Shown here in pieces: positions 29,472-37,636 of a stretch of DNA of 64,000 nt. The position numbers were made by a program, and so were the translations under genes. Source of the DNA: an uncultured Alphaproteobacteria bacterium (lineage in GTDB: Bacteria > Pseudomonadota > Alphaproteobacteria > HIMB59 > GCA-002718135); assembly GCA_902590695.1 (NCBI GenBank), contig CACIXR010000002.1, forward strand, positions 132,336 through 196,335, written 5' to 3'. The first letter of the stretch is position 1. The number at the start of each line of letters is the position of its first letter. A model generated the notes under the pieces. That model saw only the letters and a list, made by a program, of their open reading frames with translations, was not told the DNA's origin and ran no database searches.

Positions 29472-31105
29472 TCATCAACATTTTTATTATTCAGATCTGA
29501 TAAATAAGGGGCTCCAGAAAAAAAACTTACTCTTAACCATCTATCTGACTTAGGGTCATAACGATTAGCTCCAAAAAAAGATAATTTAAATCTTAACATA
29601 TCAATTGGCATTGTTTTTTTATCAAGAACATTATCTTGAACTTCTGAAAAAGGATAATTTTTTAAAGATTGAATTCTCTTAACAATCCCTCTGTATTTTG
29701 GGTGCATTAACAAAAATTCACAAATTAATTGATTTTCATCTACATTTTTTATTTGCTTAAATAAATCATTAACCATTTTTGCAATTCCTAGATTTTGCTC
29801 CAATTCACTTCCTTTTTCGTTATATCTTTCACCTAATCTAGGTTCTAACTTAGCTGCTGAAACATACCAAAATAAATAATTGCTATCTTTATTATTAAAA
29901 TCAATATTTTTTATCCAAGAATATTTATCATTGATTATTTTTTTCAAATCTCCAATAGATTGATTTCCATCAATATCCATTATCTCCTCATCTGACATAT
30001 CTTCTGCTAACTCTTCTGATATTTGAGGATACAATTCAATTAGTTGTACTCTTGCAATTTCCTTAGTATCATTATTAAAATTCGAATCACAATAATCTAA
30101 AATATCTAACCATTTAAATTTTTGAGAAAGATCTATGTCATTAATGTAGGAAATATATTTTTTTAAATCTTCAGTAGTTAATTTATTTTTATTAATTTGG
30201 AATTCATCACTTGTGTTAACTTCTTCAAGATAATTTAGAGCTTTATTCAAAAGTTTTTTATATTTTTCGAAAACTATATTATCTAACTGAATTTGAGAAA
30301 TTTCTTCTAATGTCTTTGTGTACTGTTTCATCCACTTATGTATCAACTTTGGATGTTTTATAATAAAAGGTGCCATACCTAAACCTGTTGAATTACCAAT
30401 ACCTAAATGTTGTTTAATTTTTCTATTTAACTTTACTGCTTTTTTTGGGTTTATTTGCCTTGCTACATGTTCAACTAATTCAATACTAAATTCTCTAATT
30501 AAATAAACTGATAACATTTCTGCTCTAAAGGGTTGATTGAAAACAGTTTTATTTTTTGTGTTAGTAAAATCTGATAATCCAAATTTACCACTACCATAAA
30601 CAGCAGTAGTTCTTAGTAAATACCCAACTTTATTAATTTCGTAAATATCTGGCTGATTACCATTTGAAAGGCAATCGACAACATACTGAAACAGTCTTAC
30701 ACTTTTATTGGCTCTACTAAGAATTAACTCATCTGGAGAATTTCGACCTGATTCTTGAAGGGGAATTGTTTTTTTTAATCTATTAAGATCTTCATTAGAT
30801 AATTTACCAACATGTAATGTGTAGGCTGTATCCCATTTACTAGCGATGACTCTATCACTTCTATCTTTATCATCTAGAAAAGCAGAGAAACATACAAGTG
30901 AATAAGTTTGTTTATTAATAATTATTTCATAAACAACCGTACCGTAACCATCTTTATCTAAATCAAATTTTGATTTATGTATTTTCCAGTTGTCGTTGAT
31001 CAATCTTCTTAACATACTTCTAGAAAAACTAAGGCGAGAAGGATAGCGTGAACCCATTCTTGATAGTTTCATGTAGTTATCGTTTTCTCTTACTTTTTGT
31101 AACAT
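29441..31105 (-). CDS. Hypothetical protein, 554 aa, no recognisable family motif
   Basis: Long uninterrupted ORF in a dense genome. No TM segments or signal peptide are evident. Notable conserved-looking stretches are LSRANKSVRLF, YLLRTTAVYGSGKFGLSDF and HLGIGNSTGLGMAPF. Divergent from the M19 dipeptidase gene across a 54-nt spacer. Confidence 0.75.
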   Translation of the reverse strand: MLQKVRENDNYMKLSRMGSRYPSRLSFSRSMLRRLINDNWKIHKSKFDLDKDGYGTVVYEIIINKQTYSLVCFSAFLDDKDRSDRVIASKWDTAYTLHVGKLSNEDLNRLKKTIPLQESGRNSPDELILSRANKSVRLFQYVVDCLSNGNQPDIYEINKVGYLLRTTAVYGSGKFGLSDFTNTKNKTVFNQPFRAEMLSVYLIREFSIELVEHVARQINPKKAVKLNRKIKQHLGIGNSTGLGMAPFIIKHPKLIHKWMKQYTKTLEEISQIQLDNIVFEKYKKLLNKALNYLEEVNTSDEFQINKNKLTTEDLKKYISYINDIDLSQKFKWLDILDYCDSNFNNDTKEIARVQLIELYPQISEELAEDMSDEEIMDIDGNQSIGDLKKIINDKYSWIKNIDFNNKDSNYLFWYVSAAKLEPRLGERYNEKGSELEQNLGIAKMVNDLFKQIKNVDENQLICEFLLMHPKYRGIVKRIQSLKNYPFSEVQDNVLDKKTMPIDMLRFKLSFFGANRYDPKSDRWLRVSFFSGAPYLSDLNNKNVDEWGFATMSTY

Positions 31106-31159
31106 TTATTAAATATGTATAGTTAATTTTGGTTTTTTCATTAATAGAAGTATTAATCT

Positions 31160-32146
31160 ATGTCAAAAATAAGTGAAGATATACTTCTAATTGATGGATT
31201 GGAATATTGTAACTGGAATAGGGAATTATTTGAAAATGCCCACCAAGCTGGATTAACTGCAATCCATGTGACATTAGTGTATTGGGAAAATACTGACGAG
31301 TCTTTCAAAAAAATAAATGATTGGCACCGTCTTTTTAAAGAGCATCATGACATTATTGCTCACGCAAAAACTACAGAGGATATTTTGGATGCTAAAAAAA
31401 ATAATAAAGTTGCAATTATTTTTGGTTTTCAAAATTCTGCTCCTATTGCCAATGATATATTTTTAATTGAAAAATTTTTTGAAGCAGGTGTGAGATTTAT
31501 GCAACTCACCTATAACAATCAAACTCCGCTTGCTGGAGGATGCTTTGAACCTAAAGACTCAGGTGTATCACGATTTGGAAAAGCTGTTATTGAAGAAATG
31601 AATAGACTTGGAATGATTGTAGATTTAAGTCATGCAGGAAAGCAAACTTGTCTTGATGCTATTGAAGTCTCAAATAAACCTGTGGCAATTTCTCATGCTA
31701 ACCCAAATTTTTTTCATAAATCTAAAAGAAACATTGATACTGATATTTTACAAAAACTTGTTAAAAAAAATGGTTTTATTGGGTTAAGTTTATATCCTTA
31801 CCATCTTAAAAATTTAAGTGATTGTACTATAGAAGATTTTTGTGAAATGATTAAGGAGCTTGTAAACCTTATTGGTGAAGACAATATTGGAATAGGGTCT
31901 GATCTTTGTTTAAATTGGTCTGATGATGTAGTTATGTGGATGAGAAATGGAAAGTGGACCAAAAATATCGACTATGGAGAATCTAAAGATAAAAATCCAA
32001 AATGGCCTAAGTTACCAAGTTGGTATAAGCAACCAAGTGACTTAAATAATTTATTTTATCTAATGTGTGAAAATAATATTCCAGAAAAAGTTTCTACAAA
32101 AATAATAGGTCAGAATTGGTTTAACTTCATGAAAAATCAATTTTAG
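31160..32146 (+). CDS. M19 (renal/membrane-type) dipeptidase family protein
   Basis: 328 aa. AIHVTLV, FMQLTYNNQTPLAGGC, DLSHAG and GIGSD are typical of M19. Confidence 0.85.
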   Translation: MSKISEDILLIDGLEYCNWNRELFENAHQAGLTAIHVTLVYWENTDESFKKINDWHRLFKEHHDIIAHAKTTEDILDAKKNNKVAIIFGFQNSAPIANDIFLIEKFFEAGVRFMQLTYNNQTPLAGGCFEPKDSGVSRFGKAVIEEMNRLGMIVDLSHAGKQTCLDAIEVSNKPVAISHANPNFFHKSKRNIDTDILQKLVKKNGFIGLSLYPYHLKNLSDCTIEDFCEMIKELVNLIGEDNIGIGSDLCLNWSDDVVMWMRNGKWTKNIDYGESKDKNPKWPKLPSWYKQPSDLNNLFYLMCENNIPEKVSTKIIGQNWFNFMKNQF

Positions 32147-33006
32147 TTTCTACGACTAATAAAAGAAGCTGATAGTAAACTTATTATTACAATCGAAGCA
32201 CCAATAATTTGATAAGTTTCTAAATTTTCTTTTAATAAAAAAACAGCACCAAGAACACCTACCACTGGTTCTAAATACAAAAATAAAGCAGTATATGATT
32301 GTCCAATCTTTGGGATAGCAATTAATTGTGACAAAAGTGCAAAGCTATAACATACCGAAGGAATTAAAATTAATAGATAAATATTGATATCAAAATTAAA
32401 ATTTAAAGAAAAAAATATTTTTAATATTACAAAGAAGAAAATAGTATTAAAAACATTTATAAAGATATTAATTGGTATTGGTGAAATACCTTTAATAGAC
32501 ATTTTTTGATTTACTATAATCATACTAGTTGAACCAAGTGATGCAAGAAAAGCTAAAAGAATACCTATTATATTTATGACTTTAAAAGATGGTCCTATAA
32601 CTAAAACAATTCCTAAAAATGTTACAAAAAATAAAATTTTTACAGTTAGTGAAATTTTTTCTTTATCGACAACAATAGAAAATAAAAGCACATATATTGG
32701 ATAGAGGCAAAAAATAAGAATTGTTAAACTAACTTCAATAAATATAACTGAAGTCAATAACCCAAGTGTTAATAATATAGAACCAGCTGATATAGATAAA
32801 AAGTATTTAAGGTTCTTTTTAAAAATTTCTAATAGATTGCTTTGATAAGGGATAAAAGGTAATATAATGATTGAGGCAACTGCGTAACGTAAAAAAATAG
32901 TTAATGCTACAGAGGCGCCTGAATTATATGCTATTTTTGTAGTAGGGCCAATTAAGCCAAACAAAATTCCAGCAACTAAAGCAAAAATAACTCCAAATAT
33001 GAACAT
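32143..33006 (-). CDS. EamA/DMT-family transporter
   Basis: 287 aa, about 10 TM segments with two EamA-like halves. Overlaps the convergent dipeptidase gene by 4 nt. Confidence 0.8.
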   Translation of the reverse strand: MFIFGVIFALVAGILFGLIGPTTKIAYNSGASVALTIFLRYAVASIIILPFIPYQSNLLEIFKKNLKYFLSISAGSILLTLGLLTSVIFIEVSLTILIFCLYPIYVLLFSIVVDKEKISLTVKILFFVTFLGIVLVIGPSFKVINIIGILLAFLASLGSTSMIIVNQKMSIKGISPIPINIFINVFNTIFFFVILKIFFSLNFNFDINIYLLILIPSVCYSFALLSQLIAIPKIGQSYTALFLYLEPVVGVLGAVFLLKENLETYQIIGASIVIISLLSASFISRRN

Positions 33007-33071
33007 TTTTTAAATTAAGTTTTGACTATTTGTTTTCATGCAGTTATTCAAGCTTCATTACAAAATATATT

Positions 33072-34160
33072 ATGAATGACACCTCTCAAAGTTTTGTTAA
33101 ATTTGAAAAGATCGATAAAAGTTATGATGGAGAAGTACTAGTAGTAAAAAACTTAAACTTGGATATTGCTAAAGGTGAGTTTGTAACAATGTTGGGTCCA
33201 TCAGGATCAGGTAAAACAACAACTTTGATGATGTTAGCTGGTTTTGAAACACCTACAAATGGTGAAATATTTTTAGATACTAAACCAATTAGTAAAATAC
33301 CGCCCTATGAAAGAGAAATAGGAATGGTATTTCAAAACTATGCTTTATTTCCTCACATGACTGTTGCGGAAAATTTGTCATTTCCGCTAGAAGTGAGAAA
33401 AATTTCAAAACCAGACATTAAAGAAAAAGTGCAGAAAGCACTTGATATGGTTGAGTTAGGTAATTTTGGTACAAGATTTCCAGCTCAATTATCTGGTGGA
33501 CAACAGCAAAGAGTCGCTTTGGCCAGAGCACTTGTATTTGAACCACGCCTAGTATTAATGGATGAGCCTTTAGGTGCACTCGATAAGAATTTACGTGAAC
33601 AGATGCAATACGAAATAAAACATATTCATGATAGGATTGGCATAACAGTTGTCTATGTTACTCATGATCAAAGTGAAGCATTAACAATGTCCAATAGAAT
33701 TGCTGTATTCAATGATGGAGTTGTACAACAATTATCTACACCTGATATCTTGTATGAAAAACCTGAAAATTCTTTTGTTGCAAAATTTATAGGGGAAAAT
33801 AATACACTTAATGGTGTTGTTAGGGAAGTGAATGGATCCTCATGTACTGTTGAATTGGATGGTGGTTTTGGAATGGTGAAAGCATTAAAAATTAATGTGA
33901 ATGAAGTTGGAGAAAAAACCCAACTATCCATAAGACCAGAACGTGTTTCAATTGATAACACAACATCTGACTCCAACAATTTTTCAGGTAAAATTGAAGA
34001 ACTAATTTACCTAGGAGATCACATCAGAGCTAGGCTTGATGTGTGTGGTAATAATGAGTTTATAGTTAAGGTTCCAAATGAAGGAAGTTTTAATCATAAA
34101 GAGGGTGATGAACTTAAATTAAGCTGGAATTCTGAAGATGTTCGAGCATTAGATCTATAA
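33072..34160 (+). CDS. ABC transporter ATP-binding protein (PotA-like, with C-terminal TOBE-like domain)
   Basis: Walker A GPSGSGKTT, signature LSGGQQQRVALARAL and Walker B LVLMDEPLGALD. Start placed at ATG 33072; the ORF-track start at 33030 is an extension. Confidence 0.9.
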   Translation: MNDTSQSFVKFEKIDKSYDGEVLVVKNLNLDIAKGEFVTMLGPSGSGKTTTLMMLAGFETPTNGEIFLDTKPISKIPPYEREIGMVFQNYALFPHMTVAENLSFPLEVRKISKPDIKEKVQKALDMVELGNFGTRFPAQLSGGQQQRVALARALVFEPRLVLMDEPLGALDKNLREQMQYEIKHIHDRIGITVVYVTHDQSEALTMSNRIAVFNDGVVQQLSTPDILYEKPENSFVAKFIGENNTLNGVVREVNGSSCTVELDGGFGMVKALKINVNEVGEKTQLSIRPERVSIDNTTSDSNNFSGKIEELIYLGDHIRARLDVCGNNEFIVKVPNEGSFNHKEGDELKLSWNSEDVRALDL

Positions 34161-34291
34161 TTATACTTTTTTCTTTATATTTAGCCAAAATTTTTTACTT
34201 TTACCCCTTTTTTTTCATTTCACGACATGTTATTACACAATCATTACGGACATAATCTTAAGATTAATTAATAAAAAATAGGAGGATATAT

Positions 34292-35395
34292 ATGTCTAAA
34301 TTTTTAAAAGCCTTCTTATTTGTGTCACTTGTCTTTGCTCCTTTTGCAGCTAGCGCTGTAACGGTTGCATCATGGGGTGGTGCTTATACAGAAAGTCAAC
34401 AAAAAGCTTATGCTGATACATATTCTGATCCTAGCTCAATTGTCTTTGAAAACTACAACGGAGGTTTAGGTGAAGTAAGAGCTCAAGTAGAAAGTGGAAG
34501 TGTTACTTGGGATTTAGTAGATGTATTACCATCTGATGCAATCACAGGTTGTGATGAAGGTTTATTTGAGGATATTTCTTCGGAAATTGCAGCTAATGCA
34601 GCTCCTGGACCAAACGGAGAGTCAATGGCAGAAGATATGGAAAACAATGGTCTTGAATACCACTCTGGTTGGGATTGTTGCGTACCACAAATTTTTTGGA
34701 CTTACGTTGTATTCTATGACCCAGATGCTTTCCCTGGTGAAAAACCAGACAGTATGGCAGACTTTTTTGATACAGAAAAATTTCCTGGAAAAAGAGGTAT
34801 CCACACTTGGGCTGATGGAATTATTCAAAAAGCTTTAGTTGCTGATGGAGTTGCTCCAAACGCAGTACCAACAGTTTTTGCAAAACAAACTGGTGCTATT
34901 GATAGAGCATTTGAAGTTATGGACAGAATCAAGGACGATGTTGTTTTTTGGTCTGCTGGTTCACAACCACTTGAATTAGTTAAAAGTGGTGAAGTTATCA
35001 TGGCAGTTGCATATAACGGTCGTGTTGGTGCAGCAAACTTAGCTGAAGGTGAAAACTTTGAGTATATTTGGGAAGGTCAGGTTCTAGATCAAGAGTATCT
35101 TTGTCTAACTGCTGGTGCTCCTAATAGAGAAGCAGCTCTTGATTTCATGTGGCATGCTTCAACTCCTGAAGCGCAAGCTGAACAAGCTAAATATATTACA
35201 TATGGACCAATGAGAGCTTCTGGTATTCCAATTATTGAAGCAAATGAGCCTTGGGGTCCTGGTGGTGTAGATATTATGCCTCATATGCCTAATACACCAG
35301 AGCGTTTAAAAGTTTCTATCGTTAATGATCCACAGTGGTGGTCAGACTACGGTGCAGAAATTAATGAGCGTTATGCTGCATGGATGGGCAACTAA
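34292..35395 (+). CDS. Periplasmic substrate-binding protein (PotD/PotF-like family)
   Basis: 367 aa. Signal peptide MSKFLKAFLFVSLVFAPFAASA and a strong AGGAGG Shine-Dalgarno upstream. Visibly GC-richer and K/N-poorer than its neighbours. Confidence 0.8.
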   Translation: MSKFLKAFLFVSLVFAPFAASAVTVASWGGAYTESQQKAYADTYSDPSSIVFENYNGGLGEVRAQVESGSVTWDLVDVLPSDAITGCDEGLFEDISSEIAANAAPGPNGESMAEDMENNGLEYHSGWDCCVPQIFWTYVVFYDPDAFPGEKPDSMADFFDTEKFPGKRGIHTWADGIIQKALVADGVAPNAVPTVFAKQTGAIDRAFEVMDRIKDDVVFWSAGSQPLELVKSGEVIMAVAYNGRVGAANLAEGENFEYIWEGQVLDQEYLCLTAGAPNREAALDFMWHASTPEAQAEQAKYITYGPMRASGIPIIEANEPWGPGGVDIMPHMPNTPERLKVSIVNDPQWWSDYGAEINERYAAWMGN

Positions 35396-35428
35396 GCTTG
35401 ATAAAATAAATTTTGTAATTTAATCTAA

Positions 35429-35456
35429 AGGCGAGAATTATCTCGCCTTTTTATTT
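35429..35456 (+). terminator. Intrinsic terminator/attenuator hairpin after the SBP gene
   Basis: AGGCGAGA-ATTA-TCTCGCCT stem-loop followed by TTTTATTT, read directly from the sequence. Confidence 0.65.
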
Positions 35457-36732
35457 GGAGGTTACTATTTCTACAGCTGAATTATTAACTACAGACGGAA
35501 TCCCGCTTAGACAAAGTCTACGCAAAGCTGAAAGAAGAAATAAAATTCGAGCTTTTCTTCTAGTTTTTCCCTTACTTCTTTTTATTATAGTTACTTTTGT
35601 AATGCCAATTGGAGATATGCTTCTTAGAAGTGTTGATGATAGTCAAATTAATTCAGTTTTTCCAAATACTTTTGATGAATACAAAAACTGGGATAAAGGA
35701 GCCGATGAACTACCTCCAGAAGAAGTTTACAAAAGTCTTTTTTTTGAATTAGCGAATGGAGATAAGAGACAGATAGGTAAAGCCTTAACAAGAATGAATT
35801 ATGCTAAATCTGGTTGGAAGAGTTTGATAAAAAAAACCACTAGAGAAATAAAAAAAATCGTAAAAAAAGGGGAAGAACCAGTTTCGTATAAAGAAACATT
35901 TATCAAAATCAATAAGTTTTGGGGAGATCCAACTTATTGGTACTCATTTAATCAAATGGTAAATGATAGATCATCGATTTATTATTGGAATGCTCTGGAT
36001 AGAACATTTGATGAAGATGGAGAAGTTGTTCTTCAAGATGAAAAAAGAAGAATGTATGTTAAAACATGGCTTAGAACTTTTAAGGTAAGTGTCTATGTTA
36101 CAATTTTTTGTTTAATACTTGGTTTTCCAGTTGCTCATCTATTAGCTAATTTACCTCTTAGATACAGTAATCTTTTAATGATTTTTGTATTATTACCCTT
36201 TTGGACTTCCTTACTCGTGAGAACAACCGCATGGATTGTAATGCTTCAACAAAATGGAGTTATAAATGGAATTTTAGTTTGGTTAGGTGTCATAAGTGAT
36301 GATGGCCGAATTCAAATGGTTTATAATGAGACTGGAACTTTAATTGCTATGACTCAGATTTTATTACCATTTATGATTTTACCTTTGTATAGTGTAATGA
36401 GAGTAATTCCAAAAAGTCATATGAGAGCTGCTCAAAACTTAGGTGCTAAACCTGCTACGGCATTTATCCGTGTTTACTTGCCGCAAACTATTCCTGGTAT
36501 AAGTGCTGGTGGTTTATTAGTATTTGTACTTGCTATTGGATATTTTATAACACCTGAATTAGTTGGTGGAAAAGATGGTAAATTAATTGGAAGCTGGATA
36601 GCATATCATTTAAAAACTACACTCAATTGGGGGCTATGCGCTGCCTTGGGAGGTATACTTCTTGGTATAATGCTAATCTTCTATTGGCTTTACAATAAAA
36701 TTGTCGGCATAGACAACATAAAGTTAGGATAA
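35455..36732 (+). CDS. ABC transporter permease (PotB-like) with a roughly 150-aa insertion after TM1
   Basis: 425 aa with EAA-type loop MRAAQNLGAKPATAFIRVYLPQTIPG. The start is uncertain: TTG 35455 overlaps the terminator, and an in-frame ATT at 35467 sits 5 nt after GGAGG. Confidence 0.8.
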   Translation: MEVTISTAELLTTDGIPLRQSLRKAERRNKIRAFLLVFPLLLFIIVTFVMPIGDMLLRSVDDSQINSVFPNTFDEYKNWDKGADELPPEEVYKSLFFELANGDKRQIGKALTRMNYAKSGWKSLIKKTTREIKKIVKKGEEPVSYKETFIKINKFWGDPTYWYSFNQMVNDRSSIYYWNALDRTFDEDGEVVLQDEKRRMYVKTWLRTFKVSVYVTIFCLILGFPVAHLLANLPLRYSNLLMIFVLLPFWTSLLVRTTAWIVMLQQNGVINGILVWLGVISDDGRIQMVYNETGTLIAMTQILLPFMILPLYSVMRVIPKSHMRAAQNLGAKPATAFIRVYLPQTIPGISAGGLLVFVLAIGYFITPELVGGKDGKLIGSWIAYHLKTTLNWGLCAALGGILLGIMLIFYWLYNKIVGIDNIKLG

Positions 36733-36735
36733 CAA

Positions 36736-37632
36736 ATGGCTTTACCAAGTTACGCAACTCCAGTCCAAAGAACATACTATTACTTTTATTTATTTTTTTG
36801 TGCTGTAGTTTTCTTCTTTTTAATAGCACCATTATTTGCAATTATTCCAATATCTTTCAGTGTTTCTCCTTTTATGGTTTTTACAGAAGGAATGCTGGCG
36901 TGGCCTCCTGATCCTGAAGCTTGGTCGATAAGATGGTATAAAAATATGATTGGTGATTGTAGTGCTGATGTTGTTTCTTCTACAGTTCCATGTTCTACAA
37001 AGTGGATGGTTGGTACAGTAAATAGTTTTTATATTGGTATTATCGCAACTGTTATTGCTACAGCTTTAGGAACACTGGCAGCTCTTGGTTTAAGTAGACC
37101 ACATATGCCATATAAAGGTTTGATAATGGCAATATTAATTTCACCAATGATTGTTCCACTAATTATAACAGCTGCAGGAATGTTCTTCTTCTATGCAAGA
37201 ATAAATCTTGTTTATACTTTCACAGGTGTAATTTTTGCACACGTTGCACTTGCTACACCCTTTGTAGTAATTACAGTAACGGCAACATTAGTTGGTTTTG
37301 ATATGAATATGGTAAAAGCAGCACAGAGCTTAGGCGCTAAACCAATGAGAACATTTTTTAAAGTCATCATGCCTTTGATTTTACCAGGTATTATATCAGG
37401 AGCTTTATTTGCTTTTATTACATCTTTTGATGAAGTTGTTATAGTTATGTTTATGGCAAGTATTGATCAACTAACAATTCCAAAACAAATGTGGGCCGGA
37501 ATACGACAAGAAATTAGCCCTGTTATTTTATGTATGGCTACTTGTTTAGTACTTCTTTCTATATTCTTATTAACTACAGTTGAGCTACTTAGAAGAAGGT
37601 CTGAAAAACTTAGAGGTATTAAAGCTCGATAG
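36736..37632 (+). CDS. ABC transporter permease (PotC-like)
   Basis: 298 aa with EAA loop VKAAQSLGAKPMRTFFKVIMPLILPG. Confidence 0.85.
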   Translation: MALPSYATPVQRTYYYFYLFFCAVVFFFLIAPLFAIIPISFSVSPFMVFTEGMLAWPPDPEAWSIRWYKNMIGDCSADVVSSTVPCSTKWMVGTVNSFYIGIIATVIATALGTLAALGLSRPHMPYKGLIMAILISPMIVPLIITAAGMFFFYARINLVYTFTGVIFAHVALATPFVVITVTATLVGFDMNMVKAAQSLGAKPMRTFFKVIMPLILPGIISGALFAFITSFDEVVIVMFMASIDQLTIPKQMWAGIRQEISPVILCMATCLVLLSIFLLTTVELLRRRSEKLRGIKAR

Positions 37633-37636
37633 AATA

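Noticed and set aside
34161-34291. Largest non-coding stretch (131 nt), inspected for a riboswitch or sRNA. The spacers at 23544-23619 (upstream of soxB) and 53481-53566 were also inspected for glycine, SAM or other riboswitch cores.
   Set aside because: All are almost pure A/T, with no conserved GC-paired helices or recognisable riboswitch core sequences. Only a strong Shine-Dalgarno (AGGAGG) is evident. An Rfam scan would be needed to exclude small elements.
34521-34838. 105-aa plus-strand ORF and 68-aa minus-strand ORF (34622-34828) inside the pot-like SBP gene, and similarly 59121-59360 inside the MalF-like gene and 47272-47484 inside the Fe-ADH gene.
   Set aside because: These are alternative frames of genes with strong family signatures. 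Their translations are Q/K/L/W-rich nonsense with no independent start context.
37580-37636. ORF-track 5' extensions overlapping upstream genes: 37580 for the DadA-like gene, 33030 for the ATPase, 42286 for the TRAP SBP, 43396 for the GS-like gene, 61363 for the sugar SBP, 28093 for soxG and 3989 for rpsM.
   Set aside because: In each case a downstream in-frame start gives a canonical N-terminus (Rossmann GxGxxG, signal peptide or a conserved N-terminal sequence) and/or follows a Shine-Dalgarno. The extensions run through the preceding gene, a terminator or a spacer.
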